DNA from: Phallusia mammillata | Taxonomy: Eukaryota | NCBI GenBank assembly: GCA_965637545.1 | Contig: OZ281494.1 | Location: forward strand, 32,488,001-32,552,000 | Direction: 5' to 3' | Length of the DNA stretch: 64,000 nucleotides | In this document: piece by piece, positions 17,556 through 31,289 of the stretch | Position numbering within the stretch: position 1 is the first letter of the stretch | Layout: each line of letters starts with the position of its first letter | The notes under the pieces: model-generated | The model's input: only the letters and a program-made list of their open reading frames with translations | The model's database searches: none | Told to the model about the DNA's origin: nothing | Position numbers and translations under genes: made by a program

Positions 17556-20028
17556 TTGTTGCGAGTAGAGTGCATTAGTCAGGACATGTTTAAGGTGTAC
17601 ATGGGGGTAATCTAAGCAGGAAAATTAAAAGTTACTTGCGAGTAAAAATTAATGAAAAATGTATTTTTCTGCTACAAAAATTGAATTAGTGCAGATTTAA
17701 ATATATTTTTTTTAAATTAAAATAATTAGTCAAAAACGCTCACGCCAAAAAATAATTTAATATAAGATCTCTGTAGCGAGGCGCTATATAGGGGAGACCC
17801 CCAATTAGCAACCATTTTTTCGATTATTGTTATTCGTAGATATTACACACACATACGTTTGCGTATAAATAGATTTAAATTTGGGATCCAAACAATTCAA
17901 ATTTACGCGGCTTTCAACAAAGAAAAAAACACACACATTAAACTTGGGGTCAACTGCATTCAGGCTTGTTTTGAAGCTTTTTCTGGTTAGTGGTTTCCAG
18001 GAAATTGGCGTGAGCATATTCATAACGTAGTTACGCGCAAACGAAATGAGCCTGTTTATTACGCTTTAATATTTTGTCCGTCATTCTAATCGTGGTTTCA
18101 AAGAACTCGCCATTTGTCGGGTCGATTGTTTCACAACAACACAAGATGTTTTCGTCAGAATCGTGTTTTTGTCTCTAGTATTTGATTGAATTGTTTCGCT
18201 GGACATACCCTTGTAACCCTTACTTTCGATTTGGCTATTGTAAACACTCCAGTTGTATCCTTAAAATAAAATATATTTCAATCCTGTTTTCGCATTCGAC
18301 TTGTTGAGAAGTTAGACCTTACACATTTTCATCACTAAAATGAGAACATATATTGAAAGTTGCTGACAGTTGTACGAAGTCAATTCAAGCCTCCAAAAAG
18401 CAGACATGTGGCAGTCATATCAAAAGTTATATTTTAGCACGTAATGTAAGCTTGGTGTGGTATTGGGTAAGCTAAATTACCTAATTAAATGGCTACTGTT
18501 CATCAAATTTCAAATATTTTATCATCAGTCTATGACTTTTTCGCTAAAATCTAAGATAACGGTTTTAGTTTGAGAGAGTAACCATTCATATGTTTAAATC
18601 TTACCTCATTTAATCTCTTGTTGTTTATCATTCACAAACATTGCGTATTGAACAGCCTATTGAAAAAGCTTTCATGTTAAATTAGTGTTTTTCGCAAACA
18701 CGTTGTCAAAAGGGCTGAACAACAACGTTTTCTGGAAAAGCGAGTGACAAACATTTGTCTAGGGTCAACAAGAAAAGGTTAGATACGATGTTCAAACGAG
18801 TTCAGTTCGAAAATGCAAAACAACGTTGTGATAAGAATCACGAGTGTAAGTTGTGGAATGTAATTTAACACCTCACAAAGATTTTGACTGACTTCTTTGT
18901 AGCAAAACACGATGGGTGTTGTTTTGTCCCTAAGTAACCTATGAGTACACACGAATGTGGTCTTTTATCATTTCGATAAGACAATAAATTTTAAAGGCTT
19001 ACAATCCGAAACGTAAACGGCTACATAACAAATTTAATTGTGCTATTTTCTTAATTATTCGAAAATCATATATGAGGGATTATAGTTGAGTTGAGTTTAT
19101 TTCGCTTGGTGAAAGAAAACATAGCGACACAGTTAAGTCATATTATTAACTATTTGGAATGTACGGGTTTAGTCTACACACTGTATCCAATAAAACAATT
19201 GCTTATAGTTTGTTGAAAAGTTGCTGTAAATTTTATTGAAGTTTAGAACAAAACATTAGGTCATTTGTTCTTGGATTTTGGGAAATTGGCCTATGTATAT
19301 TTTACACTGATAAGTTTGAGTTGTGATTGTTTGAGATATCCCATAAGTCGTTTCGATCTGTTTTGCATCTGTCAAAGATCGCGATATTATTTTGTAATGC
19401 CTTCTCACTTTACAACGAAATCCAGCAAATCGCTTTTTTCATTCAGAAAATAATGCAGCAGTATTTACAACACAGGTTGTAAAGTCCTTTGTTTCACACG
19501 GAATCATTTGTTACACAAGGTTCAGAGTTACAGCCGGCGGCAAAAGAGCGGTTTTTCACATCAGTTTGCTCCACAAGCAACCTCGTGCAAATCGATGCAC
19601 GGTTTAAATGTCAAATGTGGTTTTGGTGGAACGAAAGTGTGTAGTATAGGGTTATTTTGATGTTTGCAGGGTATACTTAAAAACACACATTGATTAAAAA
19701 TGTAAGATTTAGCGTGGAATGTGGCATTGTAAACGGACCACCTTTTTCTGCAACTGCGCTTGTCAGGAAAAACGTATCAGGTATTGAAGAGTTTTTAAGC
19801 TACGCGATTAGTATGTAGTATTGAATTGCTATTTGATACGATTTTTGCAGCCAAAATAGTATTTGACGTTTTATATAGATTTTTTAAGCTTAAAGGTATT
19901 TTGCGTTTCAAACGTGCTATGTGCACAACTTTGAAGATTTTAGGAGAGGTGCACTGTTGGCTTTTGATTGGTAAGTTCTAATCACATCCGCAACCCACTT
20001 AACTGGTTCAGTGTTTCACCATCTACAA

Positions 20029-20374
20029 CAGTGGTTCTTAACCAGGGTACGTGTACCCCTTGGGGGTACGAGGCACCAAAGCAGGGGGTACGACATGCAG
20101 TGTGAAATTATACGCTATTTACGCATATTTGTGAAGAATGCGTGCTAAGTTACTATGTTATATGTTTTTGACTGATTGTTAGTGTGCTGTAAATATTGTT
20201 AACCTTATAAGACTGTTTTAATGCATGCATTCAACACGTAAGTTATAAATACACTGAGTTTAATTCCTATTATTACAACTTTATTTACTTCTGTCGGCCA
20301 TTGTAGACAGAGGGTACGAGATACTTTTATGAAAGCTCAAAGGGTACGAGCTCTAAAAAGGTTAAGAAACACTG
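20029..20374. mobile_element. hAT (Buster/Charlie-type) MITE, 346 bp
   Basis: TIR cagtggttcttaacc / ggttaagaaacactg; perfect TSD atctacaa; repeated subterminal gggtac(g) motifs. Confidence 0.9.
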
Positions 20375-20499
20375 ATCTACAACATAACGTGAAATGGTTT
20401 AGCCAAGTGTTAAACGACGCAAATATATTTTGAAACGTCAAACCAAGGTCGCATATTGCTCCATAATGTAATCAAACTGTTTGTTAGTGTATTCTAAAT

Positions 20500-20689
20500 C
20501 AGTGGTCCTTAATCTGGGGTAATTGTACTCAAATCAATAATTTGACAAATGGTTATCATGTTTTGGTTTTATGACGTAATTTTTCTGTGACGTTATAGTT
20601 TGCATTCCCAATTTTTGAGAACAGCGGGTAAAGTGAGATAAATTAGGTTCCTCTTGGGGTTAACAACCTCAAAATAGTTAAAACCACTG
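20500..20689. mobile_element. hAT-type MITE, 190 bp
   Basis: Termini cagtggtccttaa / ttaaaaccactg; flanks ttctaaat / ctctaaat (7/8 match). Confidence 0.75.
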
Positions 20690-22992
20690 CTCTAAATCCT
20701 TTGCTGTTTTCCAGCGTGTACAGGGCTGTCGGATTGCACGATTGCTCTAATAAACGACCGAACGGGCCATTGTAGTGGCGCAAAACATTTCGTGCATCCG
20801 TCGGCTTTTCAGGAATTGACATGATTAAAATGAATCACTATATATGTCTATTGAGCATGATAGCATCACGTGATTATAGGAGGAGTGGGCACGTAGTATA
20901 GTAGTACACGTTAGGAGGCCTGTTTTTATATGTCAGGCTTCACCTTAGCTGTACATGTTTGATAAGGGCTTAATTTTTCATATGGGGTGGTTAAATGCTA
21001 CTATAATGACTTGCAGTATTGTTATGTAAGCTTGATGAGGTATTGTTATAGTTTTTTTTAGGACGGATTTGTTAGTTTGTTCTTAGCATGAGTAAAATAA
21101 TTGTTAACTAAGAACAGAGCTGTCTTTGAAGTTGCATAAGACGCAGTCATATGACTCGGACATTTCAGCAAAATATAGTTGTCATAAACATTATTGTATT
21201 GTCAGTGAAATAAACAATAGTATAAGGTTTGTGAAGGTCTGTGCGCGTAAAATTAGTCAAGTTGCTTGGTTCAGTTTAGCCTTTCGCAATCGCAAATAGA
21301 ATGCTTTGTATCTTAAAACCCAGTGACTTCAAGTATGAGGTGTAAATCATCATTTATTATTTAAGTATTTTTAAAATTAAAAGTAAAATTTTAAAATTTA
21401 ACGCAAACGTGAAAATATAGCAACGACTGTCTCCTTTAATCAAATATACATCCCTTGGTGAACACCAACTGGGGTCCTTTTCTTTATTGTTGCAGTGAAG
21501 AGAAAAACTGTGAATGGCCTATATAGACTGACAGTCTATTAATTCATTGTTGTACGAATCAAAGTGCCAGATTGGACGTAGTTTTAATTCCCCTGAGGGT
21601 TAAACCCGTTTTCGCGCGCCTCACAGGAGTAATGGAAAAACGACATTTGGGGAATGAGCCCAATGAAATATTAATTAGCCCGGTGTGTGCGCTTTTGCGT
21701 TTCAAGGTCGGTTTAGAGTCTCTAAAACCGCTTAGTATTGAGACTTACTGACTGGATTCAGACTAGAGTTAAAGCTGGCTTAAAATAAATAGATATATAA
21801 ACGGCCTTCGTAATGTTGGTAGTCCAAATTGGTATTGTAGATAATGCATCACTCCTTACAAACGCTTTTGACCTCTTGATACAAATGGTAAATGCGTTTT
21901 AAGCAATACAGTACAACAGAACTGAGACTATTGTGACTGCTGCAAGAAATCCTAGCTCAGTTACAGTGGGTTTATAAAGAATTTTGTGCAGTTAACCATA
22001 TTTTGGGGTATTAGAAGCTAACGTTTCTACCGGTTAAGGAATAAACTATTCGCAGTCGCTTAATTTACAGATGCATTATTCGATACAAAATAGAAAGGTC
22101 TTGGTATGCAACATACATTCTGATGTCCTTTAATAACCTACTTGGTTGGCTCAGTGTTAAATTCACTGCAGTAAGCAGCATCTAACAAAAAATACGTTTA
22201 GTTTGAACGGACAACACGGGTCACGAAAAACGACTTTCTCCTCATGCGCACAGGACACAGAGAGGCGTATAGAGGGGGTATTCCCCGTGGTAAAATGACA
22301 CCAAGTTCTTCCTTTTCAATGCATACAAATAGGAAATTGGGCAGTGTCGTTTATCTAGGATGTCCTTATACGTTGGCGCTCGCTGCCCCGACATTAATTA
22401 CAGAACAAGATCTCTACAGAGATAGTATGGTGTGCACACGATGGCTTTTACAGGCTTTGAAAGGAGTTTGCTTATAACGTTACGAATGCTGGCCGAAAAC
22501 AAATTGTTTATAGCAGTGATTATGTGTGTACATTAGAGCGCAAAGAGAGCAGTCACGAATTCACATTATAACCACTAGATTCTTTGAGCAAGCTTTTTGT
22601 GTTTTTGTTTACAAAGTTTTCTGCTATATCATTGAAAGGCTTGATAACCGCTGGTTTTAAGTGTTACTTTCGTGCACGTATGCAGTGATTTGTTTAGCAA
22701 TTTGCTGCAAAAACTTGCAATATACATTGACGACTTCGCAGTACTCAAGCGGATGTTTTAGCGGACTTGCAACCGTTGTATGTTAAACGCACGAAAGCGG
22801 ATTTCCTTGTAAGCTTTGTGCCGTTGTCCTAAACATGGCAATGACTTTGTAACTATTAGGACTAAGTTTTAATTCAGTGGCTATAAATGTCGTTGTACCG
22901 TTTACGAAATAGCACGTGCACGCTGTTGGTATAGAAAATAACAGTTGAATGCATGAAACGTTACGCCATTTGTCCATTTGAGATACTGTATT

Positions 22993-23014
22993 TATATATA
23001 TATATATATATATA
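22993..23014. repeat. (TA)n microsatellite
   Basis: About 11 TA units immediately left of the hAT element at 23023. Confidence 0.9.
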
Positions 23015-23022
23015 GCCTACAT

Positions 23023-23872
23023 CAGGGGTCTCCAACTCAACGGTTGTCCCGGGCCAATTTTCAAATTTTCTGAGGGCCACGGGCCACATGCAGTCTTGTA
23101 TGTCAAAATGTTCTAGTTCATGGTCCCTTAGTGGCTAACGGCGTTATTTTCGTTGACCTTCAAGAGCTCATGACTTTACAATGTTTACAATCTGTTCATC
23201 AATGCTTTTTTATTTCATAAAAATCAACAAAGAAAGCAATTGTTTGCGCATATTTCCCTATCTTAGTTTTGTCTGTGATGTCACAACCCACTCTTATGAT
23301 CCTTGATATGCGTAACCAATTGATAATATTTAGGTAAAATAAATAAATAAATTTGGAAGTTTAAATTATTTTTAGCAGCTTAAGCTGTTTAATTGGTTTT
23401 AGCATTGAATTCATCGTGGACCGCGGAAAATTACGAAACGTCTGTTATGTAAATGAAATGGTTTGAAAACCACTGGCCTGTAGGCATCTGAAAAAGTCAA
23501 TGCGGCCAACATAAGTGTCAACAAAATGTTGGTTGGCTTTCATGAACCTAAAAGTTCCATATCCCTAAGCTAAACAAAAATAGCGGACACAAAAACTTAA
23601 CGGATTTTAACTTTACGCTTTGATGATCAGAATAAGGTTACATTATTTCATAACAATAATAATAATGTATCACAAAGGTTAAATTTGGTCTTTTTAACTT
23701 AGTGATATATGATTTTGAATTGTGAAATACTTGAAGGGTGAATAAAACAAACACATCCTTTAAATTTTACGAGATATTAATTTATTTTTTCATTTGCTGA
23801 TATCGCCGCGGGCCACGGAAAATTGCCTGGCGGGCCACATGTGGCCCGCGGGCCGCGTGTTGGAGACCCCTG
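23023..23872. mobile_element. Non-autonomous hAT (Charlie-type) element, 850 bp
   Basis: TIR caggggtctccaac / gttggagacccctg; perfect TSD gcctacat; gggcc/ggccc subterminal repeats; no transposase ORF. Confidence 0.92.
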
Positions 23873-24425
23873 GCCTACATTGTATAAATATGTATATTTG
23901 TCACCACCGTCAGTGTCCTATTCACACAGAATCCTAGAATTTTGTTTATAAAGCTACTGTCATACGGTTTAAGTAGCCTTTGGTTAAGCAAGTTAATTTC
24001 ATATAAATATAAATGACTTGCCACATTGAGTTTTTACGAAACAATTTACATATAAACATTTCCTGTTATTATGGTCATTTCGTGGCATTACGCAGCAAAG
24101 TAAATGCAAAATTATATCACTTGTTTCGTGGAAGCATTTTTATTAATGGTTGCAGTCAGTTTCGCATAGTACTTATATTGTGTCAAACAGTTTGAGAAAA
24201 CGTTTTGTTGAATTACATTTGTAAAGTGACAATGCAGGTTTTTGCAGAAGATAGTTTGCACGTTTTGGTCTGGAAATTTTCAATTTTATTTTAACCATGT
24301 TGATAATTACTTGTCATAGACATGGGACTAAGAATTAAGAGTTTATACCGAGAAACTGAATGGCTTGTGTTTTCTTCTGTGTAGTATTTACAAAGCAAAT
24401 CGGGTGACTTTTCAAGATATATGTA

Positions 24426-24601
24426 TCAGAGTTAAAAGCGGGCCTGAAATTCGGGCTCGAACCCGATTTTTTTCATAAACAAAGCCCGAATTATGCTCGT
24501 TTTAAGTTTGTGGAATTGCGGCATAAATGAGGTCTAGTGTGAAGTCAGGCAAGCCGGTTTTATTTGCAAATTAAGCCCGAACCCGACCCGAATAACAACT
24601 C
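24426..24601. mobile_element. Degenerate hAT-like MITE with CCCGA subterminal repeats
   Basis: Flanked by tatatgta at 24418-24425 and 24602-24609; imperfect termini cagagtt / caactc; several cccga/tcggg motifs. Confidence 0.45.
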
Positions 24602-24847
24602 GTATATGTAATAAATGACTGTAACAAAAAAACCTGCTTGACAACCTGACCTGTGGTATCCTGTATCTTTCCGTAATTCTAACGCAAGCATAAGAGCTAG
24701 TTTGAGAGGACGAAATTCTAGCAAACTAGTTTTATCAGCGCCCTAGCGTTAGTTTCTTTCATTAAACGTGGCTCCATATTTGTATTTGCCATTACACTCT
24801 ATTGTACGCAATAAATTCATGTTTATTTAGAAAGCGTTAACATAGGA

Positions 24848-25447
24848 CAGTGGTTCTCAAAGTATGGGTCGCGACCCAAACATGGGTCGCGCAGGGTCAA
24901 AAAATGGGTCGCGCTGCGGTGATTCCATTCTGCCCAAACGAACTATTACTGTATTAAGTAAACACAAACGAATTTTCTTAATGTAGTAGTAAAGTCACCT
25001 CATTTGACACGTTGTTCAGTAAATGAACCAATCATTACAACATACCGACAATAGCCTTTCAGCGATTGTAACGTCATAGCACGGGGAATAAAAGGACAAG
25101 GTAATCTTGCGAAACTAGACGTGGAGATGTAACAGTTAGCGTTTAAGGATTATTAAGTATTCATACAAGGAAACTTTTTAGATTTGGGATTCACTTCTAT
25201 CAATGATCATGGTGCTGCAAAGCCACAATGTGCGTTTTGTTATGCAGTGTTGTCAAACGAATCGACCTCGTTAAGCCTGCAGCCATTTAGACATGGGCAG
25301 ACTCCTATGCGGCGACGGCGTGGCCTCGAAATTGCAGTTCGGCTCGTTAATAAGAATATTTAAATTTTTTGATGTTTGAGGCTTGGGTCGTGAGATATTC
25401 ATAAAACTCAGATTTGGGTCGCGGTCAAAAAAGTTTGAGAACCACTG
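24848..25447. mobile_element. Internally deleted hAT/Buster element, 600 bp
   Basis: TIR cagtggttctcaaa / tttgagaaccactg; perfect TSD acatagga; gggtcgc subterminal repeats; contains a transposase remnant. Confidence 0.93.
25166..25264 (+). pseudogene. Remnant of a Buster/Charlie transposase N-terminus (BED zinc-finger start)
   Basis: Translates QGNFLDLGFTSINDHGAAKPQCAFCYAVLSNES, resembling the YL..GF......PQC..C...LSNES motif of Buster/ZBED5/SCAND3-type transposases; truncated after NES. Confidence 0.75.
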
Positions 25448-28400
25448 ACATAGGAGAATGTGCGGACAACACTTGATGCACCATTGTGACAACACAGACA
25501 TAACTATGACGTAATATCATGTTTGACTTTGACAACCGGTTTTCTGTGGCGTAATGTGTGTACTTTTGTATAGGAGAAGAGCTTTGACAAGTTTTTCCGT
25601 TACTAACGTTTGCGGTGAAATCTATTTTAAATAAAACGTGTTTCTAAGCGGAATTAAGCAACCATTTGGGCGTGGACGATTCATCATGGGTTAAACTTGG
25701 TCTGTTGCATTTGAAAATTACGAATATTCTTTTTGGTTTTGGGAAATTTCTTGTTATGTATTGGGCTTCGCTAAGCGGGTAAAACTCTGTGGTTCGCTCG
25801 TTTGAAGGATGTTCCACCGGATAAACTAAATCCGGCTACTAATTGTAGCCATATCGCATGTATGTGTTGTAGAGCAGGGTTCTGTTTTGTAATACTTAGC
25901 CATTCCCACGTTAAATTTCGAGCTATTTTGGCGTCGCCACATGTATGTGAACAGTGGATTAACACACTGTACTTGACATTTGAAAAACCGCATTTTCTGT
26001 GAAAGAACACGTCAGGCATTGAAATAAGTGTTTGAATAATGATCCTAATTTGATTTTTTGAAGTAAAGTCACAGTTTTTGTAATATGCGTATACCTTTAT
26101 AATTAATGTTGTTTTGTGGACTATATTTGGTATGAGGCCGTATTTTACGATCACTGATCTTTATATTTGCATAAACGCATGTTTGTTTTGCCATGAAACA
26201 TGGTTAAACGACTTGTTTCTGTGCAAAAATGTTGAAGCCCTATACACAAAACAAACACTTTGCATGTAACCACTGTTGTAACACACACAACGCAAGTGTT
26301 TCCAAAAATAAACCGAACACAAACATGTCAATATTTTTACATAACATGTAGCTGTTACGCAACGTGCTGGCGTGTGATAAACAAACTATATAGTGACCAA
26401 CATTGAAAAGTTGACCATGAAATTCATTTTCTCCTCAGTTGGGTGTTTTAGAAGTACTTCGCGTAAATTTACCTGCGAGAGTAAAGCTAACATTCGGTGA
26501 CCTTGGATTTGACCTCTTTCTAAACACTTCTAATGTCACCCTTCTAAACCGTTGCCACGTGTTTCCAGGAACGGGGTTACAATAGAATTTCTAGGTAACT
26601 GTTACAGTCGGTACTTTGTAACTGTTCGGAAGGTTAATTATAACCTTTCAAAACCTAAACTGAATGAAAATATTTGAAGTTTATATTTGAAAATTATTTA
26701 AAGTTTGTGTTTAAACATTATTTGAAGTTTTTATTTGAACAATGTCAAATGAGGTATGCAAAGGAAAACACACTGTTCGCAAAAGGTTGTTCATTACCCC
26801 TATCATACACAACTGTTTTAGGTTTGAAAATCGGGCAAAAATTGCTTCCTTAGTCTATTTGACATATAGTATCGCGTTTTATGTACGTGGTCATGCTGTT
26901 TGGGCCACGCAGTTTACAATTAGGTTTTGGGATAAATTCCGCAAAGCAAATTAGTTTTGGATTAGATTTCGCGGGTTTGAACCCCACTCCAATGTTTTAG
27001 ACAGGATAGTCAATGACGTTTGTGTTGAGTCTTATAAGGTGTGTTGTGTTTGATATTACGTAGGTTCACCCCAATTGAGGTCAAAGTCCTTAACCTTGAA
27101 CAGTTTCTCCTACAAAATTACCCACGAATCCTCGAGGCCTATTGACTTTTGTTATTACCAGAAACGAATTGTTTTTAATGAGTCATAAACCCCTCCCTGA
27201 AGTATAAAATATTTGTCTACTGGGCGAATTACGTTCAGTTGGCTATAAAATATTTCTTCCGGCCGTACTGTAAGGGACATTTATTTTTTCTAGCATTGTT
27301 CACAAAGTGAGAAAAATCAACACAATTTGTAGTTTTTCGGGCTCTAAGTAAGGTTTTGTGCATTCTTGGTGATTGCGTTAGTAATATTGGTGTGGACAAG
27401 ACGATTCCAGCACAAAAGGGTATAAATTACCACAGTATAGTATTTTCCAATCGGATTTTTGTTCTTTTGGCGTTAATGTTTGGGTTTTCTCTGCCAAGCA
27501 AAACAATCTAAAACAAATGGCGTTAAAATATCATCGTTTTTGGTTTTCCGCTAGTGGTCACCAAGCGCTGCTTTATCGCAAAATGACTTTATTTGAACAA
27601 TTGTGAATTGGTGAGCTTTTATTTAATAAATGCTATGGGTACGACTGTATTTTTAATGGCAGTTTCCTTAACGACTTCTGTTCAAATTATCCCCACAAAG
27701 ACGAGTTGAGTTTGGCAGCTGGTAAAAGATATCATTGCAACGGAATTTCACTCAATAAACCACAAACGAAAATAGCTGCGGGGCTGTTGGACGTTATGAA
27801 GTACAGTAGAAAACATTAGTTTAAAGGCATTAAATTATTCCTGTCAAAAGAAAATCTTGACGGATAGACCAAGGGCGATTAGCCTTTCGACCAGTAACCA
27901 CACTTTGGTCTAAATGACCAGTAGTGAAAAAAAAAACTTCCGATAAACCTGTTTTGATTGAGTCATCCGGCTTTGGTTGGCTTAAATCCTCAAGGGATAC
28001 ACAACCACCGTTCGTTTCTCCGAGTTAGTAATAACTACCCAACCTTATATGTGAATCACACACAGACCTTGGGTGTAAACTTGCTTTAACATTTCTCTTC
28101 ACTTTATATAATAGTGGTTTGTGTTTTGATACATGTAACGTTGGTCTGGTTGGCTTTCGTGAGATATTTTTAGCTAAGTCGTGTGGTCAAGCGAATGTTT
28201 GTGGCAGTAGCGGTTTACGTTATTAGATAGTGTTTGGACTTGTTCAATCGTGTGGCGAAAAAGGATTTTTACCAATCATAAAAACTACCTTTTTAAAATT
28301 GTTCACAGCATACAAACGCACAAATGGTAAAAGCATTGTTTTGTTGTGAGAAGGGCAAAAGTATGCCACCGTCTCTAAAACTCAAGTGTTTATGTTTATC

Positions 28401-28848
28401 CTAAAGTTCGCAATGTCCTACATTTACCCAGCTAGTAAAGGAAACCATCTCATTTAATCCGTTGTACCCAAAACAACTAAAGGCTGGGAATAAAACATTC
28501 AACGTGTACAATAGAACTACACAGCAGTGAACAAAACATCTACACATACATTTAAGATGTTTGACAGGGATCACAGTTGTTTATTTAATTCGGTTTAGAG
28601 AAAGGCAAGTGTTTAGGTCAATCAATTTTACCAAACAAAAGATAAACTTTTGGACATTACCAGTCTTAGTTCAATGAATTGAAATGATTATACAATCATA
28701 CAGTGGCAAATGTTTCAGCTATAAATGGCGGATAAAAACAGTTTATCTTTGTAAAACCACGATGAATTTGGGTTTCTGTGCTTCTAACATATAAAGCAAC
28801 GGTTCTCAACTTTAAGGGTTAAGGGTAAACATTTTTTTCGGTAAATGA

Positions 28849-29023
28849 TAATTAAGAAGCAAATGCTTCTGACTCAAAATCAGTAGACACGAAGTTGTTA
28901 CACTCAAGACATATATATATATATGTTTCACCTATGACAGGCATCGTCAATATCTAAAAACTGCAAACAACGAAGGTTAAATAAAGGACTGATTTTGAGT
29001 CAGAAGCATTTGATTCTTAATTA
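28849..29023. mobile_element. MITE with about 40-bp TIRs and an internal (TA)n; same family as 3289-3503
   Basis: taattaagaagcaaatgcttctgactcaaaatcagt ... actgattttgagtcagaagcatttgattcttaatta form a near-perfect inverted repeat. Confidence 0.82.
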
Positions 29024-29964
29024 TTATTGACTGAAACAATTTTGACTCAGTGATCGTGGACATTAACATGCCTACTTTAAAGGGACAGGTCCTGTGCATA
29101 CCATTTATATTGAGCCATTTTTTGTTGTAAAAAAATTTAAAATTGTATCCTAGTTATCTACCGAGAGGTAAATAAGGGAAAAGAAGGTTGACGGCAACTT
29201 GTTATTCGATCGAGTTACGTAAGTTGAGCGCTTGCGTGTTAACATAAAAAATGGAGATTCTCGACCTGCGGTGCAACTAACGGCGTGATGCTAAATCCTT
29301 GCATAACCGTATGACGCTCGCATATTTTACCGGTTATACTTGAAGCTGGTGGCTTTAGGGATATAATCTTCTAAAACTTACTAGATTTTGGGCCATACGT
29401 ATTTGGCTAAACGTGATGTGGCAAAAGTCAATTAGGTTCATTAATTCCGCGCACACAAAAATTTGGTGCAAAGTCCAGGTTGTAATAAGATGTTTATGAC
29501 AAGAGCTCAACGTGTACAACCTGATTGATATGTTAGTTATATCGCGTGATCAAATATAAAACCTGTCAGTTCCGTTCTTATCGGCTTGTGTTGCAAAACC
29601 TTTTTTCTCGAGCAAGAGCAGTAGTTCCCCTAAACGTGAATGTATGAGCGTTTTACGTAATGATCCCAATTAACTTGACTACCAATTTACCTTTTCAGAA
29701 CATATTGTTCGTGTTAAATACACAACATTGGGAATTTACCCTTGTGGGAGCGTTTTAAATTGAAATTGTTGCCATAAATTCCCCAGTTTTCCATGGAAGC
29801 AAGGAAATCGATTTGTCAACTTTTTAACAGAAAAAGTTGATTTAAACCTTCTTGAAATTATTTACGTAATTAGGCTATAAACCAACGCTGACCGTTGAAA
29901 TATGGTGTTAAAAGGGTTGAGTTGAGTACTGTTTAAAACGATTTCTATTTACATGACTTCTAAT

Positions 29965-30327
29965 TAGTGCTGGATTAATCATTAGGCAAAGTAGGCACGT
30001 GCCTACAGGCCAGTCAAAAATCCAGGCCACTTTAAAATCATTAGAAATTTAGTTATGTTTTCAAAATAATTATTTTGTGTATTGAAAGCGATCTACTCCG
30101 TAAGATCCAAAAACTAGTTAACGCGTTTTCAATCGCCAAAACGCGCAAAGTTGTTATTTAGTTAGGCATATGACCAAGTTTTTGCACGGTACCCTGTGTT
30201 ATAGTTGCCACAACGATGTTTGTAACAATGATTTGGCAACACTGATAATTCTAATTTTTTTGTTGGCAACCCTGATTTTCGGGCCACTTATTATATGTGC
30301 CTACAGGCCAACAGACCCTTAATCCGG
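29965..30327. mobile_element. Degenerate hAT-like non-autonomous element
   Basis: gctggattaa ... ttaatccggc termini; internal direct repeat gtgcctacaggcca; cttctaat flanks both sides; right TIR appears clipped. Confidence 0.5.
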
Positions 30328-31289
30328 CTTCTAATTTTATTTGACTGCTTCTAATTTTATTTGAAAGAATATTCTATTGTTAGCGGTGCCTTGTGTGGGA
30401 TTTTGTGCTCATAAACAATTTATTTTCGAATCTAAACGCAACCACCTGCAATTAAATAATCACGTAACATTTCCACATAAGCCAGTGTGATATCACATTT
30501 AAAACGTTTTCTAAAAGTCACCAGAAATGTGTCACATCTTTTGGGAAGTTGTAAAAGCTCGGGTGCAAAAACACACTGTTTAGTGAGTATCAGAAATTGT
30601 AAGGAAACCACATCCAAAGGTTACATGCTACTTTATAATCTTGTGCGACATTTGATTTAAAACGGTTCTTACATGGCATTAGAACATAGTACCTACATTT
30701 TTTGAATTAGTCATGAGGTTGTTTGCCAAATAATACAATTTCAAGCTAAAACCACCAAAACATTTATTGGTAACCGAACTTCAAGATTTCGTAATAAAAC
30801 CTAATAAATTGGTATATCGTTTGATGTACAAAAATTCCTACATTTTATTCAAGGTATCAAACTACTTGGGTGCCTTTGTTCTGTTATTTAACTTTTCTGA
30901 TCTACTCTAAATGGAACCGAGTATTGGAATAATCAGATACGTAAATCTAAATTTGTGCAAGGTTTGATCAACAGAGGTTCTTGCAAGTCATGAAACTGCC
31001 AACATGCTTATTTTTTACAATTTTTAAACGGAATTACACAACGAAAATCGCTCGAGTCTAAACAGACACTAGATTATAGAGATCGTCTATTAAGCAAAAG
31101 GCCAGTTGACAACCTTATTGCACTTGAGATATAAAGCGGTTCTTTTACAGCATTACAATATAAACGCAAATATTTTTAGAATGACCTTGTGGAACATCGG
31201 TTTTTGCACAAATAAAATCCGCACACATTTTTCAAATTTTTTGAGCTCAATTGAAAAAAAATACTTCAATTTAGAGAAATTGATTTCAG

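Noticed and set aside
17738-18015. 11-bp inverted repeat gctcacgccaa / ttggcgtgagc about 260 bp apart
   Set aside because: The match does not extend and there is no TSD; insufficient to call an element.
26961-26980. Isolated tRNA B-box-like sequence (gcgggtttgaacccc)
   Set aside because: No A box or cloverleaf context.
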